This document shows, piece by piece, positions 10,300 through 20,836 of a DNA stretch of 64,000 nt. Within the stretch, counting starts at the first letter, position 1. Each line of letters starts with the position of its first letter. Origin of the DNA: Terriglobia bacterium (lineage in GTDB: Bacteria > Acidobacteriota > Terriglobia > 20CM-2-55-15); NCBI GenBank assembly GCA_965198225.1, contig CBDAOY010000008.1:928001-992000 (forward strand), in the 5' to 3' direction. Position numbers and translations under genes: made by a program. The notes below the pieces were generated by a model. The model did no database searches. It saw only the letters and a program-made list of their open reading frames with translations, and was not told where the DNA came from.

Positions 10300-10914
10300 A
10301 TGTCGTCCCCTTTTCCCAAGCGCGAAGCTCCGCCCGAGCCCGCGCCAATCGAACGGAAGGCCGCGGCGGACCTCCACTACATCCGGCAGACGATGGAGCG
10401 CGCCACTGCGTTTACCGCCGTGCCGGGTTGGGGTGGTGTCGTTATGGGAGTCGCCGCGTGCACGGCGGCCTTCGTCGCCAGCAGCACGTCCACCCCACAG
10501 GCCTGGACGCTGACGTGGATTGCGGCCGCGGTCATCGCGATGGGAATAGGGGCGTGGGCGATGAACCGAAAAGCCATGCTGGTCAACATGCCACTCCGCA
10601 GCGCTCCCGGGCGGCGCTTTGTCATGAGCCTCCTGCCCCCGATGATTGCGGCTGCCGTGATCACTCTGGCGCTGTACAGCTCCGGTGGGATCGAGTTTCT
10701 GCCGGGACTCTGGCTGCTGCTTTACGGAGCAGGCGTCGTCAGCGGCGGAACGTACTCCGTTCGAGTGGTACCGATCATGGGGGTCTGCTTCATGGCCCTG
10801 GGAGCCGCTGCGGTGTTTGCTCCTTTCGAGGTCGGGAAATGGTTGATGGTGGCCGGATTTGGCGGCCTCCACGTGACTTTCGGTTGGATCATCGCGAGGA
10901 GGTACGGTGGCTAG
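10300..10914 (+). CDS. membrane protein associated with a winged-helix regulator
   Basis: 'DLHYIRQTMERA' plus 6 TM segments and 'FGGLHVTFG'; ATG at 10300. Confidence 0.8.
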   Translation: MSSPFPKREAPPEPAPIERKAAADLHYIRQTMERATAFTAVPGWGGVVMGVAACTAAFVASSTSTPQAWTLTWIAAAVIAMGIGAWAMNRKAMLVNMPLRSAPGRRFVMSLLPPMIAAAVITLALYSSGGIEFLPGLWLLLYGAGVVSGGTYSVRVVPIMGVCFMALGAAAVFAPFEVGKWLMVAGFGGLHVTFGWIIARRYGG

Positions 10915-11290
10915 ACGAAGCCTGTCGGCCGAGCGAAAGACACGGCCGAGCACGAAGAAACTGAAAAACGCGGTACGGCTGACGCCCCAACGTCAGGCTT
11001 CCGAACTCGATCGCGTGATTCACGAACCTGTCCGACTCGGGATCGTCAGCGCGCTGGCAGTCAACGCGTCGATGTCGTTCCGGGATTTGAAGGAACTGCT
11101 CAACACGACCGACGGTAACCTCAGCGTCCATGCCAGAAAGCTGGAGGATGCCGCCTACATCGCCTGCACCAAGCACTTCGAGGGCCGAACCCCGAAGACG
11201 GAGTTCCAGATAACAGCCGGGGGGCGGAAGGCTCTGGAGAGCTACCTCGACCACATGGATGCGCTCATCCGGGCGACCCGGCGGGGTTGA
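10907..11290 (+). CDS. winged-helix transcriptional regulator (ArsR/MarR-like, HTH_34 type)
   Basis: LDRVIHEPVRLGIVSAL...TDGNLSVHARKLEDAAYI...GRKAL. Confidence 0.9.
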   Translation: MARRSLSAERKTRPSTKKLKNAVRLTPQRQASELDRVIHEPVRLGIVSALAVNASMSFRDLKELLNTTDGNLSVHARKLEDAAYIACTKHFEGRTPKTEFQITAGGRKALESYLDHMDALIRATRRG

Positions 11291-11373
11291 ATAGCTGGAT
11301 CCGGTCCGCTCCCGAAACTCGATGTTGGTCGTCCAAAACTTGAGAGTCCGGATTCCTTCACCGCGTGACGTTG

Positions 11374-11451
11374 TTCACCGCAAAGGCGCGAAGGCGCAAA
11401 GAATTTGATCTCTTGTCCCGACCTTTGCGTCCTTGCGCCTTTGCAGTAGAA
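11374..11451. repeat. REP-like hairpin built from CGCAAAG-type units
   Basis: CCGCAAAGGCGCGAAGGCGCAAAG ... CTTTGCGTCCTTGCGCCTTTGCAG inverted arms. Confidence 0.7.
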
Positions 11452-11572
11452 ATCCCCTCCGGCGTGCTGCTCTGGGGGTGAATGGTCGGAAGCCAACGGG
11501 CGAAGCCTTTGTTCACGATCGGCTTCCGCCGATGGTAAGATATCGAGACACACACCTCAACGAGGAGAGGAC

Positions 11573-12556
11573 ATGCTGATCAGACGGCCCGAGGACATCA
11601 AGTCTTCAGAAATCACCGATGAGAAACTCTACGGGAATCGGCGTCAGTTCCTGAGAGCGGCGGGGATCGCGACGATCGCCTCAGCGGCTGGCGTGATCGT
11701 GCCGGCGGGTTGTGCCGGCCCTTCCGAATCGGAAGCTTCCACCCGCAGCCCTCAAAACGCCGGTTCTCCGAGTCGCGTCGAGCCGGGGACCTACGACACG
11801 GACGAAGAAAAGAGCCCCTATGAGATGGTCACCGGGTACAACAACTTCTACGAATTCGGCGTCGACAAGCTGGATCCCGCCAAAAACGCGGGAACGTTGC
11901 GGCCGCGACCGTGGAAGGTGAAGGTCGAAGGTCTGGTGAACAAACCGGCCACCTGGGACGTGGATGATCTTCTGTCGGGCTTCACGATGGAGGATCGCGT
12001 TTATCGGATGCGGTGCGTCGAAGGCTGGTCGATGGTCATCCCCTGGTATGGATTCCCTCTGTCGGCGTTGATCGACAAACTCGAACCCCTCCCCAGTGCC
12101 AAATACATCAGGATGGAAACCCTTTACGACACGGATCAGATGCCCGGCCAGAGGCGCGCGGTACTGGACTGGCCTTACGTCGAGGGGCTGCGGATGGACG
12201 AGGCGATGAACCCGTTGACGCTGATGGCCGTCGGGGTCTACGGCAAGGAGGGTCCGAACCAGAACGGGGCTCCGATCCGCGTCGTCATCCCGTGGAAGTA
12301 CGGGTTCAAAGGTGTCAAGTCGATCGTCAACATCAGTTTCGAGGAAAAACAGCCCTTGAACACCTGGCAGGCTCAGGCCGCGCACGAGTACGGCTTCTTC
12401 GCCAACGTGAACCCCGATGTCGACCATCCCCGTTGGACTCAGGCCCGGGAGAGGCGGCTTGGAGAGTTCTTCAAACGGGAGACGTTGATGTTCAACGGCT
12501 ATGGCGAGCACGTCGCCCACATGTACGCGGGCATGGACCTCCGGAAGTACTACTAG
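11573..12556 (+). CDS. msrP: protein-methionine-sulfoxide reductase catalytic (molybdo) subunit
   Basis: Tat motif [34 protein letters not shown]; GAGGAG RBS. Confidence 0.97.
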   Translation: MLIRRPEDIKSSEITDEKLYGNRRQFLRAAGIATIASAAGVIVPAGCAGPSESEASTRSPQNAGSPSRVEPGTYDTDEEKSPYEMVTGYNNFYEFGVDKLDPAKNAGTLRPRPWKVKVEGLVNKPATWDVDDLLSGFTMEDRVYRMRCVEGWSMVIPWYGFPLSALIDKLEPLPSAKYIRMETLYDTDQMPGQRRAVLDWPYVEGLRMDEAMNPLTLMAVGVYGKEGPNQNGAPIRVVIPWKYGFKGVKSIVNISFEEKQPLNTWQAQAAHEYGFFANVNPDVDHPRWTQARERRLGEFFKRETLMFNGYGEHVAHMYAGMDLRKYY

Positions 12557-12560
12557 CCCC

Positions 12561-13202
12561 ATGACTCCAGACCGGCTTCGCAAATTCGTGCTGAAGCCGG
12601 TCGTGTTTCTCCTCTGCCTGCTGCCACTGGGTCTTCTCACCTGGAACGCCTTCACGGGCGGCCTCACCGCCAACCCGATCGAAGACATAACCCACGCGAC
12701 CGGCCGCTGGACTCTTCGGTTTCTCCTGATCACTCTGGCGATCCGGCCGCTGCGCCAGATCACGGGTTGGAATCAGCTGATCCGGTTCCGGAGGATGGTC
12801 GGCCTTTTCGCCTTCTTTCACGGCGTGCTCCATCTCATAACCTACCTCTGGCTGGACCAGTTTTTCGACATGGAGGCAATCCTCAAGGACATCCCTCAAC
12901 GTCCTTTCATCACCGCGGGCTTCACCGGATTCGTCTTGATGTTGCCGCTTGCGATCACATCCACGAAAAAATGGATCGGAAGGCTGGGAGGGAAGCGCTG
13001 GCAGCTACTTCACCGCCTGATCTACGTGAGCTCGGCGGCAGGGGTCATCCATTACCTCTGGCTTGTAAAGGCCGACACGTTGAGACCTTTGACCTACGGA
13101 GCCATCCTGTCGGTGCTTCTGCTTTTTCGCCTCGTTGTGTACCTGAAGCCCCAGATCATTATTTCCAGCCGCGCGGCTAAGGCAGAGCGGGCGGAGGCCT
13201 AG
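12561..13202 (+). CDS. msrQ: methionine-sulfoxide reductase heme-binding membrane subunit
   Basis: TGRWTLRFL, RRMVGL, H..Y, LAITS, WQLLHRLIY; directly after msrP. Confidence 0.95.
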   Translation: MTPDRLRKFVLKPVVFLLCLLPLGLLTWNAFTGGLTANPIEDITHATGRWTLRFLLITLAIRPLRQITGWNQLIRFRRMVGLFAFFHGVLHLITYLWLDQFFDMEAILKDIPQRPFITAGFTGFVLMLPLAITSTKKWIGRLGGKRWQLLHRLIYVSSAAGVIHYLWLVKADTLRPLTYGAILSVLLLFRLVVYLKPQIIISSRAAKAERAEA

Positions 13203-13203
13203 C

Positions 13204-14463
13204 TCAGCTATAGCTAGTAGAGAAGAAGGCCACAGATTTCACAGCGCCGATGGCTTCCAGGTTCGAGCTGCGGGAGGAGCCCTTTTCTGCTTCGCTCTTT
13301 GGGTCACGACCGGCAAGGCCGTAAGCGATTTTCACCAACGCTGCAGCGAGAGCGGACGGGTCGTTCGTGACCTCGCCGGCAAATCGGTCGGCATGGTATT
13401 CCAGGGTTCGCGAGAACCACAGCACGGCATATTCGCTGACGATGTAGAGGATGTAGGCGGCGATCGCGATATAGATGGCTCCGCCGCCTCCCTTCTTGTT
13501 GCCGCTCTTGGATCCTCCCGAGTCGACCGTTGCTCGAAAAATGTAGTAGAGCAGCAGGGGAACCAGCTGGGCGATCGTCATCAGGAACATGTCCCAGTGG
13601 ATGGCATGACCATTTCATGCGCGACCACGGACTCGGCTTCGCCTTCGTCGAGGATTTCCAGAAGACCGCGAGAGATGACGATCCGGGCGTTGTTGGGCCG
13701 ATGCCCGTACGTGAAGGCTTGGGGGGCGCGGTCGTCGATGATGCCGAAACTGGGGAACCGGATCTCTTGTCTTTCGAAACCCGTTCGATGAAGCTGCGCA
13801 GATGGTTCGGCAGTCGCGCCGGGCTGACCCACTCCATCCGGTACAGCGAGCGCAGAGACAGGTCCACCAAGAAAGGGCCGAAGACGAATTGAATCACGAC
13901 GACCATGACCCCGACCGCCACGACGAGGGGGACCGGCACACCACCGAATTCGGCGATCGTGATCAGGACAAGACCCAGAATCGTGTACAGGCCGATCAAG
14001 GTCGCCACGGAGCGCACGAACAGGTTCGGGAGCCCGAGCATCCCCGCACGGATCCGAGCGTGGCGGTTCGCCTCAGCTGAAGAATCCGGCCCGGCCGGGC
14101 CTGATCCAGCGCTCGCCGGATCGAGATCGAGTTTCAGGGCGCCCTCCGCCTCCAGGATCGAACGGAGTTCTCCTCCATCGAACCAGAGCCCTCCTGAACC
14201 AGGACAGTGATTCACTTGCGGGCCCCCGGGTAGGTGATGACTTCCATCGCCTCGTCGGTCCTCGGGGAGCGTTTCAACGTGGGTACCCGTCGTTCCAGGG
14301 CCCGGTCCCGCTTCTCGGCCATCGCGCCCGGGTCTCTTGAAAAGAGCAACAGTTCGCCCCGGTCCAGCCACACGCCCTGGCATGAATCGCAGTATTCCAC
14401 CTCGACTCCCTGTCGGGTCAGGACCGGGCGGAGATCGATGCCGTCACAGTTTGGACACTTCAC
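13204..14463 (-). pseudogene. zinc-ribbon plus M48 (HtpX-like) metallopeptidase, frameshifted and apparently 3'-truncated
   Basis: CPNC..CDSCQGVWLDRGEL, PQAFTYG..NARIVISRGL, AHEM(G)H and SRTLEYHAD lie in successive different frames; three apparent 1-nt deletions near 14226, 13770 and 13610. Confidence 0.85.
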
Positions 14464-15724
14464 GGGCAACTCTCCGGTCGGAGATGTGTCGCACACGCAA
14501 GGACAAACTCACCAGGAAGCCTAGAGCCAGGATCGCGCCGAGCATGCCGACTGGCCAGAACTCGCCCCCCGGACCGGCTGCCCGGACGTAGTCGACAGCC
14601 AGACCCAACAACGGTGCCATCCCCATCGTCGCAAGACGTCGGCCCTGGCTCTCGACGCTGAGCAGCGTCGCCCCCTGGGTATCGTTGCCTGCCGCATCAA
14701 AGCGGCTGATGAGGACGGGCCTCCAGAAGTTCTGGAGGGTGTGAAGCAGGACGAAGGCCGCAATAACCGACCAGAGAATCTCCAGGTAGGCCGAAACGGA
14801 CATGGTGCCAAAGACGACCAGCGCCATTCCCCACATGAGAAAGGCTGCGCGATCCTCGCTTCCCGCTGAATCCACGAAGCGATGAGCATGCCGACTGGCG
14901 GTTGCCGAAAGCAGGTAGAGGACCAGGTAGACCGGCGCCACGAGCAGGGAAGCACGCTGGGCGTCGCTCAGGCCCGACAGCTCCACAAACCCTGTGGTCG
15001 CAGACACTGCGGCGACCATCAATACCGGTTGAATGTAATCCTTGACTGCATGAAAGGCGCCTTCGAAACCCATCGATTCAAACAGGAGCCGGCGCAAGGG
15101 CCGCTCCCGAAGCGTTGTGCCCACTGCGCTCGACAGATGCCGGACGACCGCCGACGGTGATCCGGGCACCGAAACTTCATCGAGCTCGGGAGGATAGCCC
15201 AGGAAGTTGACGATGCTGAACAGATAGGGAATCGTCGCGAAGTAGAAGATCGTCACGTAGCTGTCGCTGGTGAAGACGAACACGCCCGCAAGCACGACCG
15301 AAACCGCGGAGCCCAGTTTGCTCCAGGACCGTGTGTAGCCGTAGTAGCGTGTTCGCTCCTCCACTCGGCCCTGAAGCTTCAGCCAGGAGAAGATCATCGC
15401 CTTGTGGGTGCCGGTCCGGAAGGCCTCACCGATCCCGAACAGCAGCATCGCGGGGAGGAGCAGGACCACTCGTTCGGCAGCGGCGAAGATCAGGAAGCTG
15501 CCCAGGTAGGCGACGAAGGACAGCATCATCGATTTGCGCCGTCCGTAGACGTCGGCGATCGCCCCTGAGGGAACTTCCAAAGCTACGACGGTGATCTCCC
15601 GGAAGGCGATCAGGAGTCCTATTTCGAAAAACGTGAGTCCCTTTTCGAGAAACGCCAGGATCAAAAACGGTTCGAAATACCGCTGGTTCTTCAGGAAGCC
15701 GTACAGACTGAAGCGAAAGAGCAC
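14444..15724 (-). CDS. MFS transporter
   Basis: LEVPSGAIADVYGRRKS motif A; about 12 TM. Confidence 0.9.
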   Translation of the reverse strand: MLFRFSLYGFLKNQRYFEPFLILAFLEKGLTFFEIGLLIAFREITVVALEVPSGAIADVYGRRKSMMLSFVAYLGSFLIFAAAERVVLLLPAMLLFGIGEAFRTGTHKAMIFSWLKLQGRVEERTRYYGYTRSWSKLGSAVSVVLAGVFVFTSDSYVTIFYFATIPYLFSIVNFLGYPPELDEVSVPGSPSAVVRHLSSAVGTTLRERPLRRLLFESMGFEGAFHAVKDYIQPVLMVAAVSATTGFVELSGLSDAQRASLLVAPVYLVLYLLSATASRHAHRFVDSAGSEDRAAFLMWGMALVVFGTMSVSAYLEILWSVIAAFVLLHTLQNFWRPVLISRFDAAGNDTQGATLLSVESQGRRLATMGMAPLLGLAVDYVRAAGPGGEFWPVGMLGAILALGFLVSLSLRVRHISDRRVAREVSKL

Positions 15725-15815
15725 TAGGAAACCGATGGTAGCAGATGTGGATGTTCGACAGCGCTGTGCGCTCTCGTTCGGTTATTCCGACCGGACCCCA
15801 TCCGGTTTCGTTTCG

Positions 15816-16505
15816 CTATACCTGAGGCCGCTGGCGATCCCGTAGGACACCGTGCCAGAAGCATAAGGGCCCCAAGGCCCCGTACATCCACCCCGGCAGG
15901 CCGAACTCGATCCCGACGCCGCTCCACGCGATTCCGACAGAAACCAGCCCAACGAAAACATAGATCAAGTAGTACTGAACCGCGGTCTGGGCATCAAAGT
16001 CCTCGCGGCGCGATAGATTCAGTCTCTTTCGCGCATGGAGATACAGGAACGCGAAGCACGCGAATATCGTTACGAAGCCGAGGCCATACAGAATGAACAG
16101 AGACGCCAGTTCCCCGAAACCGGAAAGAATAACGCTGGTGGTGCCGCCCGGCTGCCGGAAGCCCAGCACCCAGCTGACGAAACCCTGAGACAGGAACTTC
16201 AAGGGATAGACGAAGAACAGGATGACGAACAGCAGGATTGCATTCAGCAGGATCGTGATGTTGTCCTGCAGGCCAAAGCGCCGGAAGTAGGAGTTGTGCG
16301 CGGCCCAGATCAAGACCAGGGCACCGAAACTGAAGCCGAAAGCAACGAACCCGTAAAGATCCGCCACCAGTTCCGAAAACGTCCTGGGTACCTCCAGCGA
16401 TACCACGAGCAACGTCGCAGAGAACGCGAAAACGGCATCGCTGAAAGCCTCCAACCTGGTGACGCCGTGAACGGCATCCGTCCAGGTCTCAGTTTGTTTA
16501 CTCAT
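15816..16505 (-). CDS. TMEM175-family (DUF1211) K+ channel
   Basis: RLEAFSDAVFAFSATLLV signature, W..H..YF. Confidence 0.9.
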   Translation of the reverse strand: MSKQTETWTDAVHGVTRLEAFSDAVFAFSATLLVVSLEVPRTFSELVADLYGFVAFGFSFGALVLIWAAHNSYFRRFGLQDNITILLNAILLFVILFFVYPLKFLSQGFVSWVLGFRQPGGTTSVILSGFGELASLFILYGLGFVTIFACFAFLYLHARKRLNLSRREDFDAQTAVQYYLIYVFVGLVSVGIAWSGVGIEFGLPGWMYGALGPLCFWHGVLRDRQRPQV

Positions 16506-16578
16506 TTTCTCCCTGTCTTTCTTCGTTCTTGTTGAACTGAGGTCACGACTGGAACGCTGCTAGAATTGACAGCTTCAC

Positions 16579-17271
16579 ATGACGGAAACTCGAGAACGCC
16601 GACAGTATGAATACTACGACTTGGTCATGGCCATCTTCGTGACGGTCCTGATCTGCTCCAACGTCATCGGTGCCGCCAAGGTGGCTACTCTCTGGGGTTT
16701 CACTTTCGGTGCCGGAGTTCTGTTCTTTCCGATCAGCTATATCTTCAACGACGTTCTGACCGAGGTCTACGGCTACGCCCGGGCCCGGAAGGTCGTCTGG
16801 GCCGGGTTCGGAGCCCTCATCTTCGCCTCGTTCATGAGCCTAGTCGTCGTCTGGTTGCCCCCGTCAGCGGATTGGGGCGACCAGGGAGCCTACCAGACGG
16901 TCTTCGGGCAGACGCCGCGCATCGTTTTTGCATCGATAGCGGCATTCTTCGTCGGAGAGCTGTCCAATTCCTACGTCCTGGCCAAGATGAAGATCCAGAC
17001 CAAGGGGCGTTTGCTGTGGGTGCGAACGGTCGGTTCGACGATCGTCGGCGAGGGAATCGACTCGGCCGTCTTCTACCCGGTGGCGTTCTTCGGTGTCTGG
17101 TCCAACGAGCTGCTCCTGCAGGTGATGGTTTCCAACTATCTCATCAAATGTGGATGGGAGGCGGCGATCACCCCGATTACCTACAAGGTCGTCTCGTTCC
17201 TCAAACGTGCGGAGCGCGAAGACTACTACGACTACGAGACAGATTTCACCCCTTTCTCGATCGAAGTGTGA
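16579..17271 (+). CDS. queuosine precursor transporter (VUT/YhhQ family)
   Basis: SNVIGAAK, FPISYIFNDVLTEVYGY, RTVGSTIVGEGIDS. Confidence 0.92.
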   Translation: MTETRERRQYEYYDLVMAIFVTVLICSNVIGAAKVATLWGFTFGAGVLFFPISYIFNDVLTEVYGYARARKVVWAGFGALIFASFMSLVVVWLPPSADWGDQGAYQTVFGQTPRIVFASIAAFFVGELSNSYVLAKMKIQTKGRLLWVRTVGSTIVGEGIDSAVFYPVAFFGVWSNELLLQVMVSNYLIKCGWEAAITPITYKVVSFLKRAEREDYYDYETDFTPFSIEV

Positions 17272-17337
17272 GCGATAGCCCTCAGCCCGACCTGCACGAT
17301 AGCGACTCCCTGATCGCTTAAAGCTGACCACAATGGG

Positions 17338-18558
17338 TCAACGGTTTCCGCTAGCCAACTTCAAGGATTCGTTCATGCCACGAAGCCGGCCCATGGCCAG
17401 GACACCGAGGGCGGGCCCGATTGCCAGAAACGCGAAGGCATAGCGCCACGTCAGGATCTCGACCAGGTAGGGGACCAGGTGGATCGTCACCATCGTCAGG
17501 AGGAAACCAACGCTGGTCTGAACCGTGAGCATCGTCCCGACGATCGAGGGGTCCGATAATTCGGCGATACTTGCCGAAAACTGGGCTGAGTCGGCGACGA
17601 TCGCAATGCCCCAGACGACGCAGAAGGCGGTGAGCAAAAACGGATTCGCTCCAAAGAGGAAACCCGCTGTCACGCAACAGGCGCCGCTGATCGCCATTGC
17701 AGTCATCGTGACTGTGGTTCGCCCCCACCGGTCGGCGATCAGGCCCGCCATCAAACAGCCCAACGCCCCGCTACCCACGGTCAGGAAGGTAGCCAGGCGC
17801 GCCAGGTACGCCGCTGCATCAGCTTCCATCCGAATCGCGAAGCTGGCCTGGAGGAACACGGCGATCCAGGCCCACATGGCGTAGAGCTCCCACATGTGGC
17901 CGAAATATCCGAGGTTGGCAAAGCGCAGCGACCGAGTGGTCCAGGCCTTGGCAGCCAGGGTTGGATTGAATGGAGGACTCTTTGTCTTGTTCGGCCCGAT
18001 GGGAAAGAAGTTGATCAGGGCTGCCGCCATTGCCGCTGCAACCGTCGCGACTCCGATCGTGAAACGCCACTCCACGCCCCCGAACGCATTGATCAAATGA
18101 GGTGAGGCGGAACCCAGCGTCAGAGCGCCGACCAGGAGTCCCACCATCAGGCCCATATCGCCCGAGGCCCACGTGGAGGCCATCTTCATCCCGACGGGGT
18201 AGATCCCGGCCATGCACATGCCGGTGACGAAGCGGAGCAGGGGAACCGCAAGCGTTGATGCGTCCTGGAACAGGATCGCGCCGTTTGCGGCCGCCGCCAC
18301 CAGGCCCGCCACGGTGAAGAAGCGCCGGGGATCCAGGCGGTCGGCGAGCCCCAGGACGGCGCTGATCAGCGTGCCGACAACAAACCCTATCTGGACCGCG
18401 CTCGTGAACAGCGAGGACTGCAGCGGCGTGAGGTCATACTCGGCACCAAGGGAAGGCAGGACTGCCGAAGCGGAGAACCACAGGGTCATCGCCAGCACCT
18501 GACAGATGCAGAGCAGCGCCAGCGCGACCCATTTGGTTTTGAATAGGGGGGCACTCAC
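17338..18558 (-). CDS. MFS transporter
   Basis: TLWFSASA, AGIYPVGMK, GYFGHMWELYAMW, ADSAQFS. Confidence 0.9.
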   Translation of the reverse strand: MSAPLFKTKWVALALLCICQVLAMTLWFSASAVLPSLGAEYDLTPLQSSLFTSAVQIGFVVGTLISAVLGLADRLDPRRFFTVAGLVAAAANGAILFQDASTLAVPLLRFVTGMCMAGIYPVGMKMASTWASGDMGLMVGLLVGALTLGSASPHLINAFGGVEWRFTIGVATVAAAMAAALINFFPIGPNKTKSPPFNPTLAAKAWTTRSLRFANLGYFGHMWELYAMWAWIAVFLQASFAIRMEADAAAYLARLATFLTVGSGALGCLMAGLIADRWGRTTVTMTAMAISGACCVTAGFLFGANPFLLTAFCVVWGIAIVADSAQFSASIAELSDPSIVGTMLTVQTSVGFLLTMVTIHLVPYLVEILTWRYAFAFLAIGPALGVLAMGRLRGMNESLKLASGNR

Positions 18559-18568
18559 AAGAAGGGCA

Positions 18569-19390
18569 TTATGGCTTTACCGCCCGGATGAATGCACTCA
18601 TGAACTTGCCCCCGACTTCCTCGACCTCCATACCGCAAGGCGAGCCGGATCCAGCGAGGTTTCGCGCATCTTCGACACCGAAGATCCGGGTCGGTTCCAC
18701 CGCGACATAGGTAAAGCCGCTGCTTTCCAGGCAGGCCTTGTATTCGATTTCCTCCAGAGCGCCTGCGACGCACCCGACCCAGAGGTTCATGTCGGCTCGG
18801 AGATCGTCTGAAACGCTGCCGCGAACAACGATATCCGAAACCGCGAAGCGGCCGCCGGGACGTAGTACGCGGAACGCTTCGGCGAACACCCGATTCTTGT
18901 CTGCCGAAAGGTTGATGACACAGTTCGAGATAATCACGTCGACCGAGGCGTCGGGAAGTGGGATGTCCTCGATGTCGCCTTTGAGGAACTCAACGTTGTG
19001 GATGCCGGCTTCGAGCTGGTTCTCCCGCGCCAGTTCCAGCATCTCGTCGGTCATGTCAAGGCCGTAGACCTTGCCCGTCGGGCCGACGCGTCGGGCCGAG
19101 AGCAGCACATCGATCCCACCGCCTGCGCCGAGATCGAGTACGGTTTCGCCGGTGCGCAAATCGGCCAGGGCAGTCGGGTTCCCGCAGCCCATCGACGCGA
19201 GTAGGGCCGCGGCCGGCAGTTTGCTTGTTTCGTCGATCGTGTAGAGCTCGGGGCCCACCGAGCTGGCGTAATCCGAGGAGGTCGTCCCGCGGCGGGAGGG
19301 AGTCGGGCAGCAGGATGCAGCCCCGGTGGCTGCCTCGCGGGCTGCGCGACCGTACGTTTCTTTGATGTTGTCTTTCAACGTTGAACTCAT
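18569..19390 (-). CDS. arsM: arsenite S-adenosylmethionine methyltransferase
   Basis: N-terminal [29 protein letters not shown]; follows arsR. Confidence 0.93.
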   Translation of the reverse strand: MSSTLKDNIKETYGRAAREAATGAASCCPTPSRRGTTSSDYASSVGPELYTIDETSKLPAAALLASMGCGNPTALADLRTGETVLDLGAGGGIDVLLSARRVGPTGKVYGLDMTDEMLELARENQLEAGIHNVEFLKGDIEDIPLPDASVDVIISNCVINLSADKNRVFAEAFRVLRPGGRFAVSDIVVRGSVSDDLRADMNLWVGCVAGALEEIEYKACLESSGFTYVAVEPTRIFGVEDARNLAGSGSPCGMEVEEVGGKFMSAFIRAVKP

Positions 19391-19737
19391 TTTGTCTCCA
19401 GTTCCACCAGGATGTTTTCAGGCCGGACCACGTTGTTTCGCGAACAGCATTCCGCAAAAAGGAAACGAGTCAGGACTTCCAGATTCGCCGTGTTCGCGCT
19501 GTACCAGAGGAACTGCCGGTCCCGGCGAACGCGAAGGAGCCCTTCGTTCTTGAGTCGCTCCAGGTGGTGGGAGAGTGTCGAATTGGGTATGCCCAACTCG
19601 GCCTGAATTTTCCCCACCACCATTCCGTCAGGATGGGCCGAGAGCAGCAGTCGCAGGATTCGCAACCGTGCCTCGTTCCCGATCGCCGCAAACATGTCCG
19701 CGAATCGGGCCACCTGCCTGTGGGTTGGTGTTTTCAT
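19387..19737 (-). CDS. arsR: ArsR/SmtB metalloregulator
   Basis: RLRILRLL...NSTLSHHLERL, C-terminal AECC As(III)-site type. Confidence 0.92.
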   Translation of the reverse strand: MKTPTHRQVARFADMFAAIGNEARLRILRLLLSAHPDGMVVGKIQAELGIPNSTLSHHLERLKNEGLLRVRRDRQFLWYSANTANLEVLTRFLFAECCSRNNVVRPENILVELETK

Positions 19738-19759
19738 ATTTCTACAATAATAGAAATAT
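19736..19759. promoter_or_regulatory. ArsR operator palindrome
   Basis: Perfect ATATTTCTA-N6-TAGAAATAT abutting the arsR start codon. Confidence 0.75.
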
Positions 19760-19912
19760 AGAAATACGGAAAGGAGTTTTTTCCTGTCTTCCCTCCGCGA
19801 ATGGCTTCCGACGTGAAGTACCGTGCTGCTCGCCTATCGGACTGTATCGGGAAGCCTAACCGCATTCTTAATTGAGACTCAGGACACCGGAACCGTTTAT
19901 GCTGAGCGTGTC

Positions 19913-20836
19913 GTGGCCGCGTCTTCTCGAAAAGTCATCTTTGCCGCCCTCGTGGGCAACTCCCTGATCGCAGTGACGAAGTTCGTCGCCGCAACCCTGA
20001 CAGGGAGTTCCGCCATGCTATCGGAAGGCATCCATTCGGTTGTGGACACGGGTAATCAAGCGCTACTGCTCTATGGCCTGAAGCGAGCACGCCGGCCGCC
20101 GGACGAGCAGTTCCCGTTCGGACACGGGAAAGAGATCTACTTCTGGAGCTTCGTCGTTGCGATCCTGATCTTTGCCCTCGGAGCGGGCATCTCAATTTAT
20201 GAGGGCATCAGGCATCTTCTACACCCGGCTCCGATCGGGAACCCGATGGTCAATTATGTGGTTCTGGGAATCGCGATGCTTTTCGAGGGAGTTGCCTGGT
20301 ATCTGGCGTTCAACGAGTTCACGAAAGCGAAGGGTAAGTGGGGCTACGTCGAGGCCGTTCAGAGAGGAAAGGATCCGACGCTCTTCGTGGTGCTGTTCGA
20401 AGACTCCGCCGCGATGATGGGTCTGCTCGTCGCTTTCGTCGGTGTCGCGTTGACCCAGGCCACCGGCCTGCCGGCATTCGACGGGCTGGCTTCCGTAGCC
20501 ATCGGTGTCATCCTCGGAGGCACGGCCGTCTGGCTTGCCTATGAGACGAAGGGCCTCCTCATCGGTGAATCGGCAAACCCGCCGGTCATTTCGGGGATCA
20601 GAGAACTCGTGGGTTCGGCCCCCGAAGTCCGCCATGTGAACGAAGTTCTGACCATGCACATGGGTCCGGATTTCATACTGCTGAACCTGGGTGTCAAGTT
20701 CGCGGATGAAATCAAAGCGCGCGAACTCGAAGAAGCCGTGCGGCGTCTCGAGCGGAAAATCAAGCAGGCGTATCCCGAGGTGAAGCGGATATTCATCGAG
20801 GCGGAAGAGCGCCCTGCCAGGTCCGGCGACGGGTGA
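19913..20836 (+). CDS. cation diffusion facilitator family transporter
   Basis: SSAMLSEGIHSVVDTGNQ, FPFGHGKE, EDSAA; GTG start at 19913 chosen. Confidence 0.92.
   Translation: MAASSRKVIFAALVGNSLIAVTKFVAATLTGSSAMLSEGIHSVVDTGNQALLLYGLKRARRPPDEQFPFGHGKEIYFWSFVVAILIFALGAGISIYEGIRHLLHPAPIGNPMVNYVVLGIAMLFEGVAWYLAFNEFTKAKGKWGYVEAVQRGKDPTLFVVLFEDSAAMMGLLVAFVGVALTQATGLPAFDGLASVAIGVILGGTAVWLAYETKGLLIGESANPPVISGIRELVGSAPEVRHVNEVLTMHMGPDFILLNLGVKFADEIKARELEEAVRRLERKIKQAYPEVKRIFIEAEERPARSGDG

Noticed and set aside
16506-16578. preQ1 riboswitch upstream of the queuosine precursor transporter
   Set aside because: The intergenic gap is short and lacks the preQ1 stem-loop and A-rich tail
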